64,000 bases of DNA from an uncultured Gammaproteobacteria bacterium. GTDB taxonomy: Bacteria > Patescibacteriota > Microgenomatia > UBA1406 > GWC2-37-13. Within the stretch, counting starts at the first letter, position 1, and every line of letters begins with the position of its first letter. Below the pieces are notes generated by a model. That model made no database searches. It worked only from the letters and a program-made list of their open reading frames with translations, and had not been told where the DNA came from. Location: assembly GCA_964384955.1 (NCBI GenBank), contig CAYLLP010000001.1, forward strand, positions 10,004 to 74,003. Direction: 5' to 3'. Positions 46,306-55,184 of this stretch are shown here, piece after piece. The position numbers and the translations under genes were made by a program.

Positions 46306-47631
46306 TTACACCTTGGTAATCTGTCCGCGCACAGCAGACACCTTCTCCACGAAGTCTTCGTATCCGCGCTCCAGAATGGACGCACCGGTCACGATCGACT
46401 CGCCTTGGGCCAGAAGCGATGCCAGCACAAGAGAAGCCCCAGCCCGCAAATCTTCAATCTTCAGGACCCCTCCATGAAGCTCGTGACCTCCATGGATTTT
46501 GATGACCTGACCGTAGCGGCGCCGCAAGTCATAGTTGAAAAAATAAAATTTCTTAGGATCTTCGACCTTAATATCCATAAATTCGATCTCGGCCCCAAGC
46601 TTCCGAAGCTCTTTAACATACGCAAACCTGTTCTCAAACACCCGCTCATGAATAATAGAGTCGCCCTGAGCACGCAACATGAGGACTGCCCACATCGGCT
46701 GCCAGTCGTTCATAAAACCCGGATGAGGTGTGGTCTCAAGATCCAAGGCCTTAAGGGGGCCTTTGTGCCAAAATCTCATCTTGTCAGGGGCGACCTTGCT
46801 AAATCCTGCACCGGCTTTTTTAGCATATGAGACGAAGGTGTCGATTGATCCATTTTCAATACCCGCGACCGTGATATCGCCACCGGAGGCAATCCCCAAA
46901 ATTGCCCAGGTTACGGCTTCATTACGGTCTGAGGGGATGGAATATGGGCTTTTCTGCGTGAGTGATTCTACTCCACTCACTGCAATCTTCTTTCCATTTC
47001 TTTTGATTTGGGCCCCTGCTGCGTTTAAAAACTCAATTAAGGCGTCAATCTCGGGCTCAAGTGCTGCATTGCTAATCACAGTTTTACCATTTCCCACGGC
47101 AGCAAGCATAAGAAGAAGCTCTGTGCCTGTATGGGAAGGCTTTGTGAATTCATACGAGCCGTGCGGCGGCTTATCCAAAAGTCCTTCATAGTATCCTGTG
47201 GCAGAGTTGTACTCTATTGAGGCCCCCAGCTTCCGCATTCCGGTGATGACCCGACCAATAGGCCGCTCCCCAAGCCGGCATCCGCCGGGATTTGGGATGA
47301 AGCATCGTCCAAACTTCTGTAGGAGTGGCGCAAAAAGCATGAAGGACACGCGAATCTTTGAGGCATGCAAAAGATCAACCTTGTTTTTGGAAAGAGTGGT
47401 AGGATCAATCTCAAGCACATTTTTCTTCACAAATTTTGCCCGCACCCCAAGCTTTTTAATAAGATGCACGAGCTCCTCCACGTCACGAATGTGGGGTACA
47501 TTATTAAGGGTGACCTTTGAGTCCATAAGAAGGGCTGCAATAATCGCTTTCAAGGCCACATTTTTGGCACCAGAGAGCTTCACTTGGCCCCGCAATGGCA
47601 CTCCACCTTTTATAATATATGCGTCTTCCAT
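46306..47631 (-). CDS. murA: UDP-GlcNAc 1-carboxyvinyltransferase MurA
   Basis: 441 aa. GGVPLRGQVKLSGAKN, and the PGGCRLGERPI loop with the catalytic Cys. Confidence 0.95.
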   Translation of the reverse strand: MEDAYIIKGGVPLRGQVKLSGAKNVALKAIIAALLMDSKVTLNNVPHIRDVEELVHLIKKLGVRAKFVKKNVLEIDPTTLSKNKVDLLHASKIRVSFMLFAPLLQKFGRCFIPNPGGCRLGERPIGRVITGMRKLGASIEYNSATGYYEGLLDKPPHGSYEFTKPSHTGTELLLMLAAVGNGKTVISNAALEPEIDALIEFLNAAGAQIKRNGKKIAVSGVESLTQKSPYSIPSDRNEAVTWAILGIASGGDITVAGIENGSIDTFVSYAKKAGAGFSKVAPDKMRFWHKGPLKALDLETTPHPGFMNDWQPMWAVLMLRAQGDSIIHERVFENRFAYVKELRKLGAEIEFMDIKVEDPKKFYFFNYDLRRRYGQVIKIHGGHELHGGVLKIEDLRAGASLVLASLLAQGESIVTGASILERGYEDFVEKVSAVRGQITKV

Positions 47632-47722
47632 ATCCTGAGAATTTCTAATAACTAATTTCTAACAAAATGCTTAAATTGATTAATTTCAAATTTATTGGGA
47701 ATTGGTAATTGGATATTGGTAA
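47632..47722. repeat. AT-rich inverted-repeat intergenic element, copy F
   Basis: Begins ATCCTGAGAATTTCTAAT, identical to the first 18 nt of copy D. The right half is TTATTGGGAATTGGTAATTGGATATTGGTAATTAGATTA. Lies between the murB stop and the murA start. Confidence 0.75.
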
Positions 47723-48634
47723 TTAGATTACGACGACTTCTTCTCTTAAGTCTATACCAAACTTCTTCGCGACCCCTGTTTTAATCAAAGTAAGGAGTTT
47801 TTTAACGTCTTCGGGCTCTCCGCCGCCACGATTTATCACGAAGTTGCCGTGGTGAGGCGAGACGATAAAAGCGCCAAGTTCTAGTCCCTTAAGGCCCGAT
47901 TTGTCGATAAGATTGCCCGCGGACTTTGTGGGAACGTTGATTTGCTCTCGCTCATCTTCTGAAATGTTTTGAAAAAAGCATCCCGAAGTAGCTACTCCAT
48001 GTGGCTGGGTTTTTTTCCGGTGCGCTAAAGAATCTGCAGCAATTTTTTTGAGCTTCTTCGGGTCGTCTTTTTTAAAGCGAAAGATTGCGTCAATTATAAT
48101 TTCTTTTGTCTTATGAAGAGTACTGTAATCATAAGCAAATTCAAAATAGTCGCGCTCAACTGTTTTCTCATTTCCCTTCTTGTCAACCAGGTTAGCTGCG
48201 ATCAGAGTATCGCCAAAATATAGCTCCGGATGAGTCCATTTGGAGTTCATGTAGATGGCCCCCCCCACCGTGCCGGGTAAGCCTTCATGATACTCCACAC
48301 CAGACAAGCCTTCTTCTGTCGTCTCCCGCACCAGCTTGCTCACCGGGTAACCGGAGGAGACGCGCAGATCCACGTGATCAGGAGCATCGTTTACCACTTC
48401 TTTTTTAATATAGATATTGCGCACGACGATTCCTTTTACTTCTTTTTTAGTAATTGCTAGATTTGAGCCTCCTCCAATAACAAGAAGTGGAAGATTTTCC
48501 GCAGCGGCCAGAGATGTGACCTCTACTAGGTCCGCGCGGCTTCGAGCTTCATAGAAATACTGCGCCTTTGCTCGAATCCGAAGGGTATTGTACGCAAACA
48601 AATCAACGCCTGTTTTAAGGTCAGATAGTTCCAT
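47723..48634 (-). CDS. murB: UDP-N-acetylenolpyruvoylglucosamine reductase MurB
   Basis: 303 aa. FAD-binding LLVIGGGSNL, GLPGTVGGAIYMN, and GCFFQN. Confidence 0.92.
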   Translation of the reverse strand: MELSDLKTGVDLFAYNTLRIRAKAQYFYEARSRADLVEVTSLAAAENLPLLVIGGGSNLAITKKEVKGIVVRNIYIKKEVVNDAPDHVDLRVSSGYPVSKLVRETTEEGLSGVEYHEGLPGTVGGAIYMNSKWTHPELYFGDTLIAANLVDKKGNEKTVERDYFEFAYDYSTLHKTKEIIIDAIFRFKKDDPKKLKKIAADSLAHRKKTQPHGVATSGCFFQNISEDEREQINVPTKSAGNLIDKSGLKGLELGAFIVSPHHGNFVINRGGGEPEDVKKLLTLIKTGVAKKFGIDLREEVVVI

Positions 48635-48637
48635 AGT

Positions 48638-49966
48638 TTAGTTTGTCCCAATAGCATTTTCTATAGTACTAATTATACCAGATTTGAGCTTATAGATGTC
48701 GCCTGCGCCCATAGTAAAAATGACGTCTCCGGGGGCGATAATTGAGGCTAATCTGCCTAAAATCGCCTGCTTTGTGGCTAGAGCCTCCACTTTTGAGCCT
48801 GAGGGAGCACTTTTTGCTATATCCTGGGAGGAGACATGGAATTCCTTGGGATCCTCGCGCGCTGAGGCGAATATCGGGGCTACAAAGGCAAAATCGGCCT
48901 TGGCCAGCGTACTCCCAAATTCGGTGACCAGCGCCTGGGTGCGTGAGTAGGTGTGCGGCTCGAAAATGACGATCAGCCGGCGTCCCGGGAATGTTGCACG
49001 AGCAGCCTCAATTGTTGCCTCGATTTCTTTGGGATGATGCGCATAGTCATCCATCAGAAGCACTCCCCTCACCTCTCCCTTCTTCTCAAACCGCCGCTTG
49101 GCTCCTTTGAAGTCCTTAATTGCCGTAGCGATCTGCACCCACTCAAATCCAAGCTCGTGAAGAAGCCTCACGGCCCCAGCAGCGTTCATTGCATTTTTTC
49201 CTCCATACAATCCAATGTGAAATTGGTGGACGTTTCCCCCATCTGAAATAGTAAACTGAGTACCTTCTATAGTAGTCCGAACGTTGCTTATTGTGCTTTC
49301 TTCGCACTTAATAACTTTTTTGCTTCTTTTAAAAAACTGTTCAAAAGCTTGTGTGATTTCCCCAAGATTCGCAAACACGTCGGGGTGATCGAAATCAATA
49401 TTGGTGAGCAAAATGTAGTCAGGAGAAAGGGACAAAAATTTCGGCGTCTTGTCCATTGGCGGATTTACGGCGTACTCGTCAGCCTCAATTACAAAATAGT
49501 CAGTGCCATTATAATCCCCTCCCTCAAATTCGTTAAAGTGAGGCGCTCCCACCATATAGCTTACTTGCTTGCCCAATTTGATAAGCGCATATACCACCAA
49601 TGAAGCGGTCGTGGTCTTACCGTGAGATCCGGCTACTGCGATTTTTGTCTTCGCCGCTTTGAAAAGCTCTGCCATTACCACAATCTGGGGTTGTACCTGA
49701 ATCCCTCTTTTTTTAGCTTCCATTACCAGCGGATTTTCTATTCCTCCATGTGCACCAGTATAAATCACAAGGTCAATGCCCTCGGGCAATGGGCCCTCAA
49801 ATCCAACCGCCACACGAATGTCGTGCTTCTTCAGCGTTTCGTCAGTAATGAATTCCTCTGCCACGTCCGAGCCCGCCACCGTTTTCCCCATTTTTTTGAG
49901 GATGACTGCGAGGTTGGCCATCGCCACGCCTTTAATGCCCACGAGAAATATATTTTTTGACTTCAT
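48638..49966 (-). CDS. murC: UDP-MurNAc:L-alanine ligase MurC
   Basis: 442 aa. FLVGIKGVAMANLAVIL, P-loop AVAGSHGKTTT, and DDYAHHP. Confidence 0.93.
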   Translation of the reverse strand: MKSKNIFLVGIKGVAMANLAVILKKMGKTVAGSDVAEEFITDETLKKHDIRVAVGFEGPLPEGIDLVIYTGAHGGIENPLVMEAKKRGIQVQPQIVVMAELFKAAKTKIAVAGSHGKTTTASLVVYALIKLGKQVSYMVGAPHFNEFEGGDYNGTDYFVIEADEYAVNPPMDKTPKFLSLSPDYILLTNIDFDHPDVFANLGEITQAFEQFFKRSKKVIKCEESTISNVRTTIEGTQFTISDGGNVHQFHIGLYGGKNAMNAAGAVRLLHELGFEWVQIATAIKDFKGAKRRFEKKGEVRGVLLMDDYAHHPKEIEATIEAARATFPGRRLIVIFEPHTYSRTQALVTEFGSTLAKADFAFVAPIFASAREDPKEFHVSSQDIAKSAPSGSKVEALATKQAILGRLASIIAPGDVIFTMGAGDIYKLKSGIISTIENAIGTN

Positions 49967-50706
49967 GTCTTGATTATAAAATTAAATTGTCGCTCAAAGT
50001 CGTGGTGTCTCACCTGCTTGCGACGAAGTGAGAAGAACTTCTCTCGATTGCACGATGTGCAAAATGGAAAAAAATCGATCTGATCCTTTTGTAGGCCTGA
50101 CCCTTTAAGGAGTAAGAAGTTGAGCAGTGTCAGATTGAGGTGCCATTTCCCTCCACGATGGGCGAACACCCGCTCCACGATTTTCTCGTCCATTGCATCC
50201 AAAAACTCGAGCCTGCGATCCTCATCTACGTTGTAGCAACAATCTCCAATCGAAGGTCCAATTGCAGCCACAATATCTCCCCTTTTTGATCCCATGAACT
50301 CAAATTTTGCAATCATTTTACTCGGCAAATTGTGCAAGCTGCCACGCCACCCCTGATGCGAAATTCCAACGAGTCCGAGCTTCAAATCGTGGTAGACAAT
50401 GGGCACGCAGTCGGCGGTAAGCACGATGAGAGCGGCTTTTTTCGCCTGCGTGATTACTCCATCGGTCTCCTCTATGACTTCATGAGGAAGTGCTGTGTCT
50501 TTCGTAAAGACCGCGATATTGGCACTATGAATCTGCTCGAGGGACACCACTTTGTCCTGCGGCACCTTGCTTTCTTTGAAAAGCCTAGCAATGTGGGCCA
50601 TCGTGCGTCCGTCTCCAGTCTCTCGGGTGCCAAATCCCGCATAGACGCGTGGCGAGGCAATCAAGGTGGAGTAGTATATTTGAAGCTCTAGATTATATTT
50701 AATCAT
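49963..50706 (-). CDS. pgeF: YfiH/PgeF family (laccase-domain; peptidoglycan editing factor / purine nucleoside phosphorylase)
   Basis: 247 aa. QIHSANIAV, LTADCVPIV, SHQGWRG, and CCYNV motifs. Confidence 0.85.
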   Translation of the reverse strand: MIKYNLELQIYYSTLIASPRVYAGFGTRETGDGRTMAHIARLFKESKVPQDKVVSLEQIHSANIAVFTKDTALPHEVIEETDGVITQAKKAALIVLTADCVPIVYHDLKLGLVGISHQGWRGSLHNLPSKMIAKFEFMGSKRGDIVAAIGPSIGDCCYNVDEDRRLEFLDAMDEKIVERVFAHRGGKWHLNLTLLNFLLLKGSGLQKDQIDFFPFCTSCNREKFFSLRRKQVRHHDFERQFNFIIKT

Positions 50707-51902
50707 TTTTGTGGGCGTTTTAATGCATCACTCACAGCCTCATCTTCACTCCAGGGGTATTCTTTCGTGCCCCGAGCCAAGGATTGCTCATGACTTTTGC
50801 CGGTGAGGACAACAGTATCAGCTTTGCGTGCTCGTCTTATTGCCTCTTCAATGGCTTTTTTTCGGTCAATTATGACTGTGTACTCCTTACCTTTCTTTTT
50901 TATTCCCTTTCCGATTTCTTCGCAAATCTTTTCTGGATCTTCTGTGCGATAGTCTTCTTCAGTCAGAATAATATTGTCAGCGTATGTGGCGCTTGCCTCA
51001 CCCATAGCGTGGCGCTTCTTGGCGTCCCGGAGGCCCGCGGCTCCAAATACATGTATAAGGCGCCCCCCCGGAGCGATGGTTGATCTAAGGCTTTCTAAGA
51101 GGTTATTGATTGAGTTGGGCGTATGCGCAAAATCGATAATAACCTTGAAATCCTTGTCGTAGACTGTCTCAAGTCGACCCTTGGGAAGAGTAAATGTTTT
51201 TAGAGCGCTTAGGATAGCTTTTTCTGGTAAGCCAAGACTTCGAGCTACCGCAATCGCTGCCAGGTAGTTGTAGTTGTTGTAGGTCGTAATTGACGAGTCG
51301 ATATGTGCGCGCGCGTCATAGGAGAAGTCAGCTGTATGCTTGAGACCATACGTCACCAATCGCTTTCCCCTCTGCTTCAAAAAATCATATGATCTATCGT
51401 CGCGATTGATAATGGCTGTATCTGAAGCAGTAAGAAGTTTCATTTTTGCCATGACATATTGATCATATGTTTTGTGATAATCAAGATGCTCAGGGGTAAT
51501 ATTCGTCACCACACCGATCGCAAAATGAATTCCATACACCCTCCCCTGGTCCAAGGCATGTGAGGTGGTCTCAAGTACAAAATATTCGCTACCCGCCTCC
51601 ACAGCTCTTTTTAAGAGTTTTTGCACTAGACTCGCGTCGGGGGTGGTGACATGAAGTCCTGTCTCATACTCTTTTGGACCTATTTTGGCATAGATACTTG
51701 AGATGATCGAAGCCTTCTTCCCACAGGTCGTCAGGATGTGATAGATAAGATGAGAGGTGGTGGTCTTGCCATCGGTACCAGTGACGCCAATCACTTTGAG
51801 GTGACGGCTGGGCATACCATAATATAGGCTTGCCACAAGTGCCATTATGTGATGGTAGACATTAAGCAAAGGCTGGATAGTGCGTTTGAAGCGATTGAAC
51901 AT
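50703..51902 (-). CDS. murE: Mur ligase, MurE-like (UDP-MurNAc-dipeptide: diamino-acid ligase), short N-terminus
   Basis: 399 aa. P-loop GVTGTDGKTTT, LETTSHALDQGRV, and NITPEHLDYH. The C-terminal domain carries TEEDYRTEDP where DAP-type enzymes carry DNPR. Confidence 0.75.
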   Translation of the reverse strand: MFNRFKRTIQPLLNVYHHIMALVASLYYGMPSRHLKVIGVTGTDGKTTTSHLIYHILTTCGKKASIISSIYAKIGPKEYETGLHVTTPDASLVQKLLKRAVEAGSEYFVLETTSHALDQGRVYGIHFAIGVVTNITPEHLDYHKTYDQYVMAKMKLLTASDTAIINRDDRSYDFLKQRGKRLVTYGLKHTADFSYDARAHIDSSITTYNNYNYLAAIAVARSLGLPEKAILSALKTFTLPKGRLETVYDKDFKVIIDFAHTPNSINNLLESLRSTIAPGGRLIHVFGAAGLRDAKKRHAMGEASATYADNIILTEEDYRTEDPEKICEEIGKGIKKKGKEYTVIIDRKKAIEEAIRRARKADTVVLTGKSHEQSLARGTKEYPWSEDEAVSDALKRPQK

Positions 51903-51910
51903 AGGGGATT

Positions 51911-53566
51911 TTACTGTCCTGGTGCTATATTATAGTAGATAAAGAGGCGTCGGGCTATATCAAAAAAAAGCGGGGCTGCTGTCTCTGAGCCCCAGGGTGA
52001 GGTACGAGGCTCTGACAAAATTACGAGCGTCAGAAATTGAGGCTCGTCCGCCGGGGCAAAGCCTATGAAAGAAGCGATTGTTTTTGAGGCATCATAGTGA
52101 CCTTTGATAGGTATTTGAGCCGTGCCGGTCTTGCCCCCAATCATGTATCCTTCTGGTTTGGCCCACTTATACTCTCCACGCTCTACAGTGGAAACGAGCA
52201 TTTTTTTGATAGTATCAGAAGTTTTTTTTGAGATAACTTGTCTTTTTTCCTTCGCCACAACCTCCTTTTCCCGTTCTGTATATGAGACCTTCTTCACAAG
52301 AGAGGGTGTGCGAAGCGTACCCCCATTGACCAGGGCAGAAAACGCCGCGACCATCTGAATTGGCGTGACCGCCACTCCTTGTCCAAATGAGGCTGTGGCG
52401 TAGTCGATCGGGTACCAGCTCCCCACTGGCTTAATAGATCCATCGTCCTCTCCTTGCAGATCCACTCCTGTCACGTCCCCAAATCCAAAGCGACGAATAT
52501 ACTCATATTGCAGGCGAGGGCCGAGGCGATCGGCGATGTACACCATCCCTACATTCGAAGATTTTTCAAGAATTCGGGTAATGGAGATCTTACCCTCATA
52601 CTTGTCGTTCCAGGTCTTGATCGTGTACCCTCCTCGTTCAATCGCGCCTTTCTCATTGTACAAATCCGTAGACTTAATCTTTTTCTCATTTAGCGCTGCG
52701 GCTACAATAAACGGCTTGAAGGTGCTTCCTGGCTCGTACGAAGAAGAGACGGCGGGATTCTTAAAGTCGTCCTGCGAAAAGTCGAAGTAGCGCTCAAGAT
52801 CAAAGTCCGGTAGGCACACCAACCCCAATATTTCCATAGTGTGGGGGTCAGCGGTGATCACACAGCCGCTTTTGGCCTTATATCTATCCAGTCCTGCCAA
52901 GAGCTCTTCTTTCATAATCCGCTGCACTCCGGCGTCTATCGTAAGGTACAGGTCGCTGCCATCTTCCTGCGTCATACGATTCTGGGTCCCCACAAGAATG
53001 GGCCGGCCTAGAAGGTCACGGTCGCTAGTGAGGAGACCAGGCAACCCGTTTAAGTCCCGATCATAGTAGCCCTCTATGCCAAAGTACCCTGTGTCAGCCC
53101 CGTCCTTAGTCTTTCCCACAAACCCCAAAAGATGAGCAGCCAATGATGCCTCAGGATAGCTCCTTTGACTAGTATCCTCAAATCCTATACCCTCAATCTT
53201 TAAAGCCGTAAGCCTATCATATTCATCTTTCCCTAGTCCGCTTGCCACGGCGACCCATTCTTTGGACATGTCGATTTTTGCCTCCAAAGTGGCTTCTCCC
53301 CGGTGGAGCACACTGTCCAGGGCGCGCACCGCCCTACCCAGGTCTTTGATTTTTTGGGGAGTCGCAAAGAGAAGGAAACTTCGCTTATTCAGCACTAAGG
53401 GTATCCCTTTCCTATCATAAATTTTGCCACGAGTGGCATGAATTTTCTGATGTGTGAGGTAATTGTCACCACGGGCTGGAGCGACAAGCTGGACAAAAAA
53501 AAGCTTTGCTACAACAAGCAGCAGAAAGAGCGTGAAAGCAATAAATACTATCCGCACTTTCTTCAT
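51911..53566 (-). CDS. ftsI: Class B penicillin-binding protein (FtsI-like transpeptidase)
   Basis: 551 aa. N-terminal TM helix, SxxK (GSTFKP), SxN (SSN), and KTG (GKTGTA). Confidence 0.92.
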   Translation of the reverse strand: MKKVRIVFIAFTLFLLLVVAKLFFVQLVAPARGDNYLTHQKIHATRGKIYDRKGIPLVLNKRSFLLFATPQKIKDLGRAVRALDSVLHRGEATLEAKIDMSKEWVAVASGLGKDEYDRLTALKIEGIGFEDTSQRSYPEASLAAHLLGFVGKTKDGADTGYFGIEGYYDRDLNGLPGLLTSDRDLLGRPILVGTQNRMTQEDGSDLYLTIDAGVQRIMKEELLAGLDRYKAKSGCVITADPHTMEILGLVCLPDFDLERYFDFSQDDFKNPAVSSSYEPGSTFKPFIVAAALNEKKIKSTDLYNEKGAIERGGYTIKTWNDKYEGKISITRILEKSSNVGMVYIADRLGPRLQYEYIRRFGFGDVTGVDLQGEDDGSIKPVGSWYPIDYATASFGQGVAVTPIQMVAAFSALVNGGTLRTPSLVKKVSYTEREKEVVAKEKRQVISKKTSDTIKKMLVSTVERGEYKWAKPEGYMIGGKTGTAQIPIKGHYDASKTIASFIGFAPADEPQFLTLVILSEPRTSPWGSETAAPLFFDIARRLFIYYNIAPGQ

Positions 53567-53569
53567 AGG

Positions 53570-53842
53570 TTACGGGCGGTGCGCCACCGGCTCAAGCGGA
53601 AGATAGAGTGTGTTTTTACTTTTTTCAAACCCAAGTGCCGCAGCTGCGGCGGAGGCACTATCAAGCGAGCCCAATGTAGACACATAGGCTTCAAGATCAA
53701 TATTTTTTTTGTTTACAGTCTTGGTGTCCTCTTCAAGTCGATCAATTGCAAAGGAAAGCTCCATACTTCTGACAAATACAGCAATATGAAGTGTAATGAA
53801 CAAACCTACGACAAGAATAAAAAAGAGGCGAGCTTTTTTCAT
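53570..53842 (-). CDS. ftsL: FtsL-like small division membrane protein
   Basis: 90 aa. TM helix plus a short coiled coil. Conserved position between rsmH and ftsI. Confidence 0.65.
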   Translation of the reverse strand: MKKARLFFILVVGLFITLHIAVFVRSMELSFAIDRLEEDTKTVNKKNIDLEAYVSTLGSLDSASAAAAALGFEKSKNTLYLPLEPVAHRP

Positions 53843-54688
53843 TTAATGCACTTTTTTATTAATAATTACTCTCATTTTGGCTGCACGCTCAAAAGAGGGT
53901 CCTCGACGATTGGTGATAGGCTTTTTCGTAAGGGTCGCAAGCCGCCGCGAGCGTACAAATTCCTTCACTATTCGGTCCTCCAAGGAGTGAAAGCTGATGA
54001 CGACAAGCCTCCCTTCTTCTTTCAGGGTCCGCATGCCGCCGGCAAGGGCGCCGCGCAGATTCTCAAGCTCCGAATTGACCGCAATGCGAAGGGCCTGGAA
54101 GACTCTTCTATACACATCGTCGCGCCCTACCCCAACTGCCCTATCGATACAAAACACCAGGTCGCCTACTTTCTCGATTTTTCGCGTTCTTCGCATGTCC
54201 ACGATTGCGGCTGCAATTGCCGCGGCTTGCGGCTCTTCGCCGTAGCGTCCAATCAGGTCTTCAAGCTCCTCCATAGCTTTCGTATTGAGCAGATCGGAGG
54301 CCGCAAGAGATGCCCCTTCTATGAGGCGCATGTCAAGAATATCTCCTGTCTCTTTATAGGAAAAGCCTTTTTTTGCGTCTTTTAACTGTCTCATAGACAA
54401 CCCTAAATCGATAATAATGCCTGCCGCCCCCAAAAAACCATATTTTGTAGCAATTTCCTCAATATGGGCAAAATTGCCTGTGGCCAGTGTAATGCGTGTA
54501 TTGTGTTCATATGTATTTTTTAGGCGTTGGAGCTGGGAGGGGTCAGCGTCGATTGCCAATACTTGAGCGCCGGACTCCACAAGCGCCGCGAGGTGTCCGC
54601 CTTCCCCAGCCGTGGCGTCAATGTATTTTTCATTTTTTTGTGCTGCTAGCGCTTCAATTGCCGCGCTCAGCAAAACCGGTGTGTGCAC
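53843..54688 (-). CDS. rsmH: 16S rRNA (cytosine1402-N4)-methyltransferase RsmH
   Basis: 281 aa. HTPVLL, DATAGEGGH, SFHSLEDRIVK, and NRRGPSFERAAKMRV. Confidence 0.95.
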   Translation of the reverse strand: MHTPVLLSAAIEALAAQKNEKYIDATAGEGGHLAALVESGAQVLAIDADPSQLQRLKNTYEHNTRITLATGNFAHIEEIATKYGFLGAAGIIIDLGLSMRQLKDAKKGFSYKETGDILDMRLIEGASLAASDLLNTKAMEELEDLIGRYGEEPQAAAIAAAIVDMRRTRKIEKVGDLVFCIDRAVGVGRDDVYRRVFQALRIAVNSELENLRGALAGGMRTLKEEGRLVVISFHSLEDRIVKEFVRSRRLATLTKKPITNRRGPSFERAAKMRVIINKKVH

Positions 54689-55084
54689 TTATTTTGCTCC
54701 TTGCGATTGATAATTCTCCCACTTTTCTCGGTCCCAGATCTCAAAGTGATCCCCCACACCTATAAGGACTGCTTTCTCCTTAAGCCCAGCGTACGAGAGA
54801 AGCGGCTTGGGAATTACAAATCTCCCTTGCTCATCTACTTCCACATATGACGTGGAGGAAAAGATAAAGCGTCGCTTCTCAAGGTTCTCTGCGTCAAGAA
54901 GCGAAAAGCTCATAAGCTCCCGAGCTTTGTCCTCCCACGAGCTTCTATCATATCCTGCCAAACATAAATCGAATCCTTTTGCTAAAATAAAGGTGTCACC
55001 GGTTAGTAGTTCTCTGAGTTTTTTGGGAATAATAATCCGGCCGGCCCCTGTGAAGCTCACCTGATATTCACCAAAAAAAACCAT
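54689..55084 (-). CDS. mraZ: Transcriptional regulator MraZ
   Basis: 131 aa. Two SpoVT-AbrB-like halves (GRIIIPKKLRE and GRFVIPKPL). First gene of the cluster. Confidence 0.93.
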   Translation of the reverse strand: MVFFGEYQVSFTGAGRIIIPKKLRELLTGDTFILAKGFDLCLAGYDRSSWEDKARELMSFSLLDAENLEKRRFIFSSTSYVEVDEQGRFVIPKPLLSYAGLKEKAVLIGVGDHFEIWDREKWENYQSQGAK

Positions 55085-55092
55085 ATATAACC

Positions 55093-55121
55093 ATTTAACA
55101 CCATATCAATTGGGTTGTCAA
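55093..55121 (-). promoter_or_regulatory. Candidate sigma70-type promoter of mraZ (TTGACA, 17-nt spacer, TTAAAT)
   Basis: The reverse strand reads TTGACA (55121-55116), a 17-nt spacer, then TTAAAT (55098-55093). Only 8 nt separate the -10 hexamer from the mraZ ATG (55084), with no Shine-Dalgarno sequence between them. Confidence 0.4.
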
Positions 55122-55184
55122 GGGGATACGAGAGTATCACACTAGACCCCGTGAGAGCAATAAGAAAAAAGTAATAAACGTCGT

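Noticed and set aside
46159-46830. 223-aa plus-strand ORF
   Set aside because: It is antisense to the murA 3' half and the start of the GlmU-like gene, and has no recognisable domain.
53438-54385. 315-aa plus-strand ORF, the longest unassigned ORF in the track
   Set aside because: It lies antisense to three strongly supported genes (ftsI 5' end, ftsL and rsmH). The sequence is low-complexity and K/F/C-rich with no motif. This is a typical shadow ORF.
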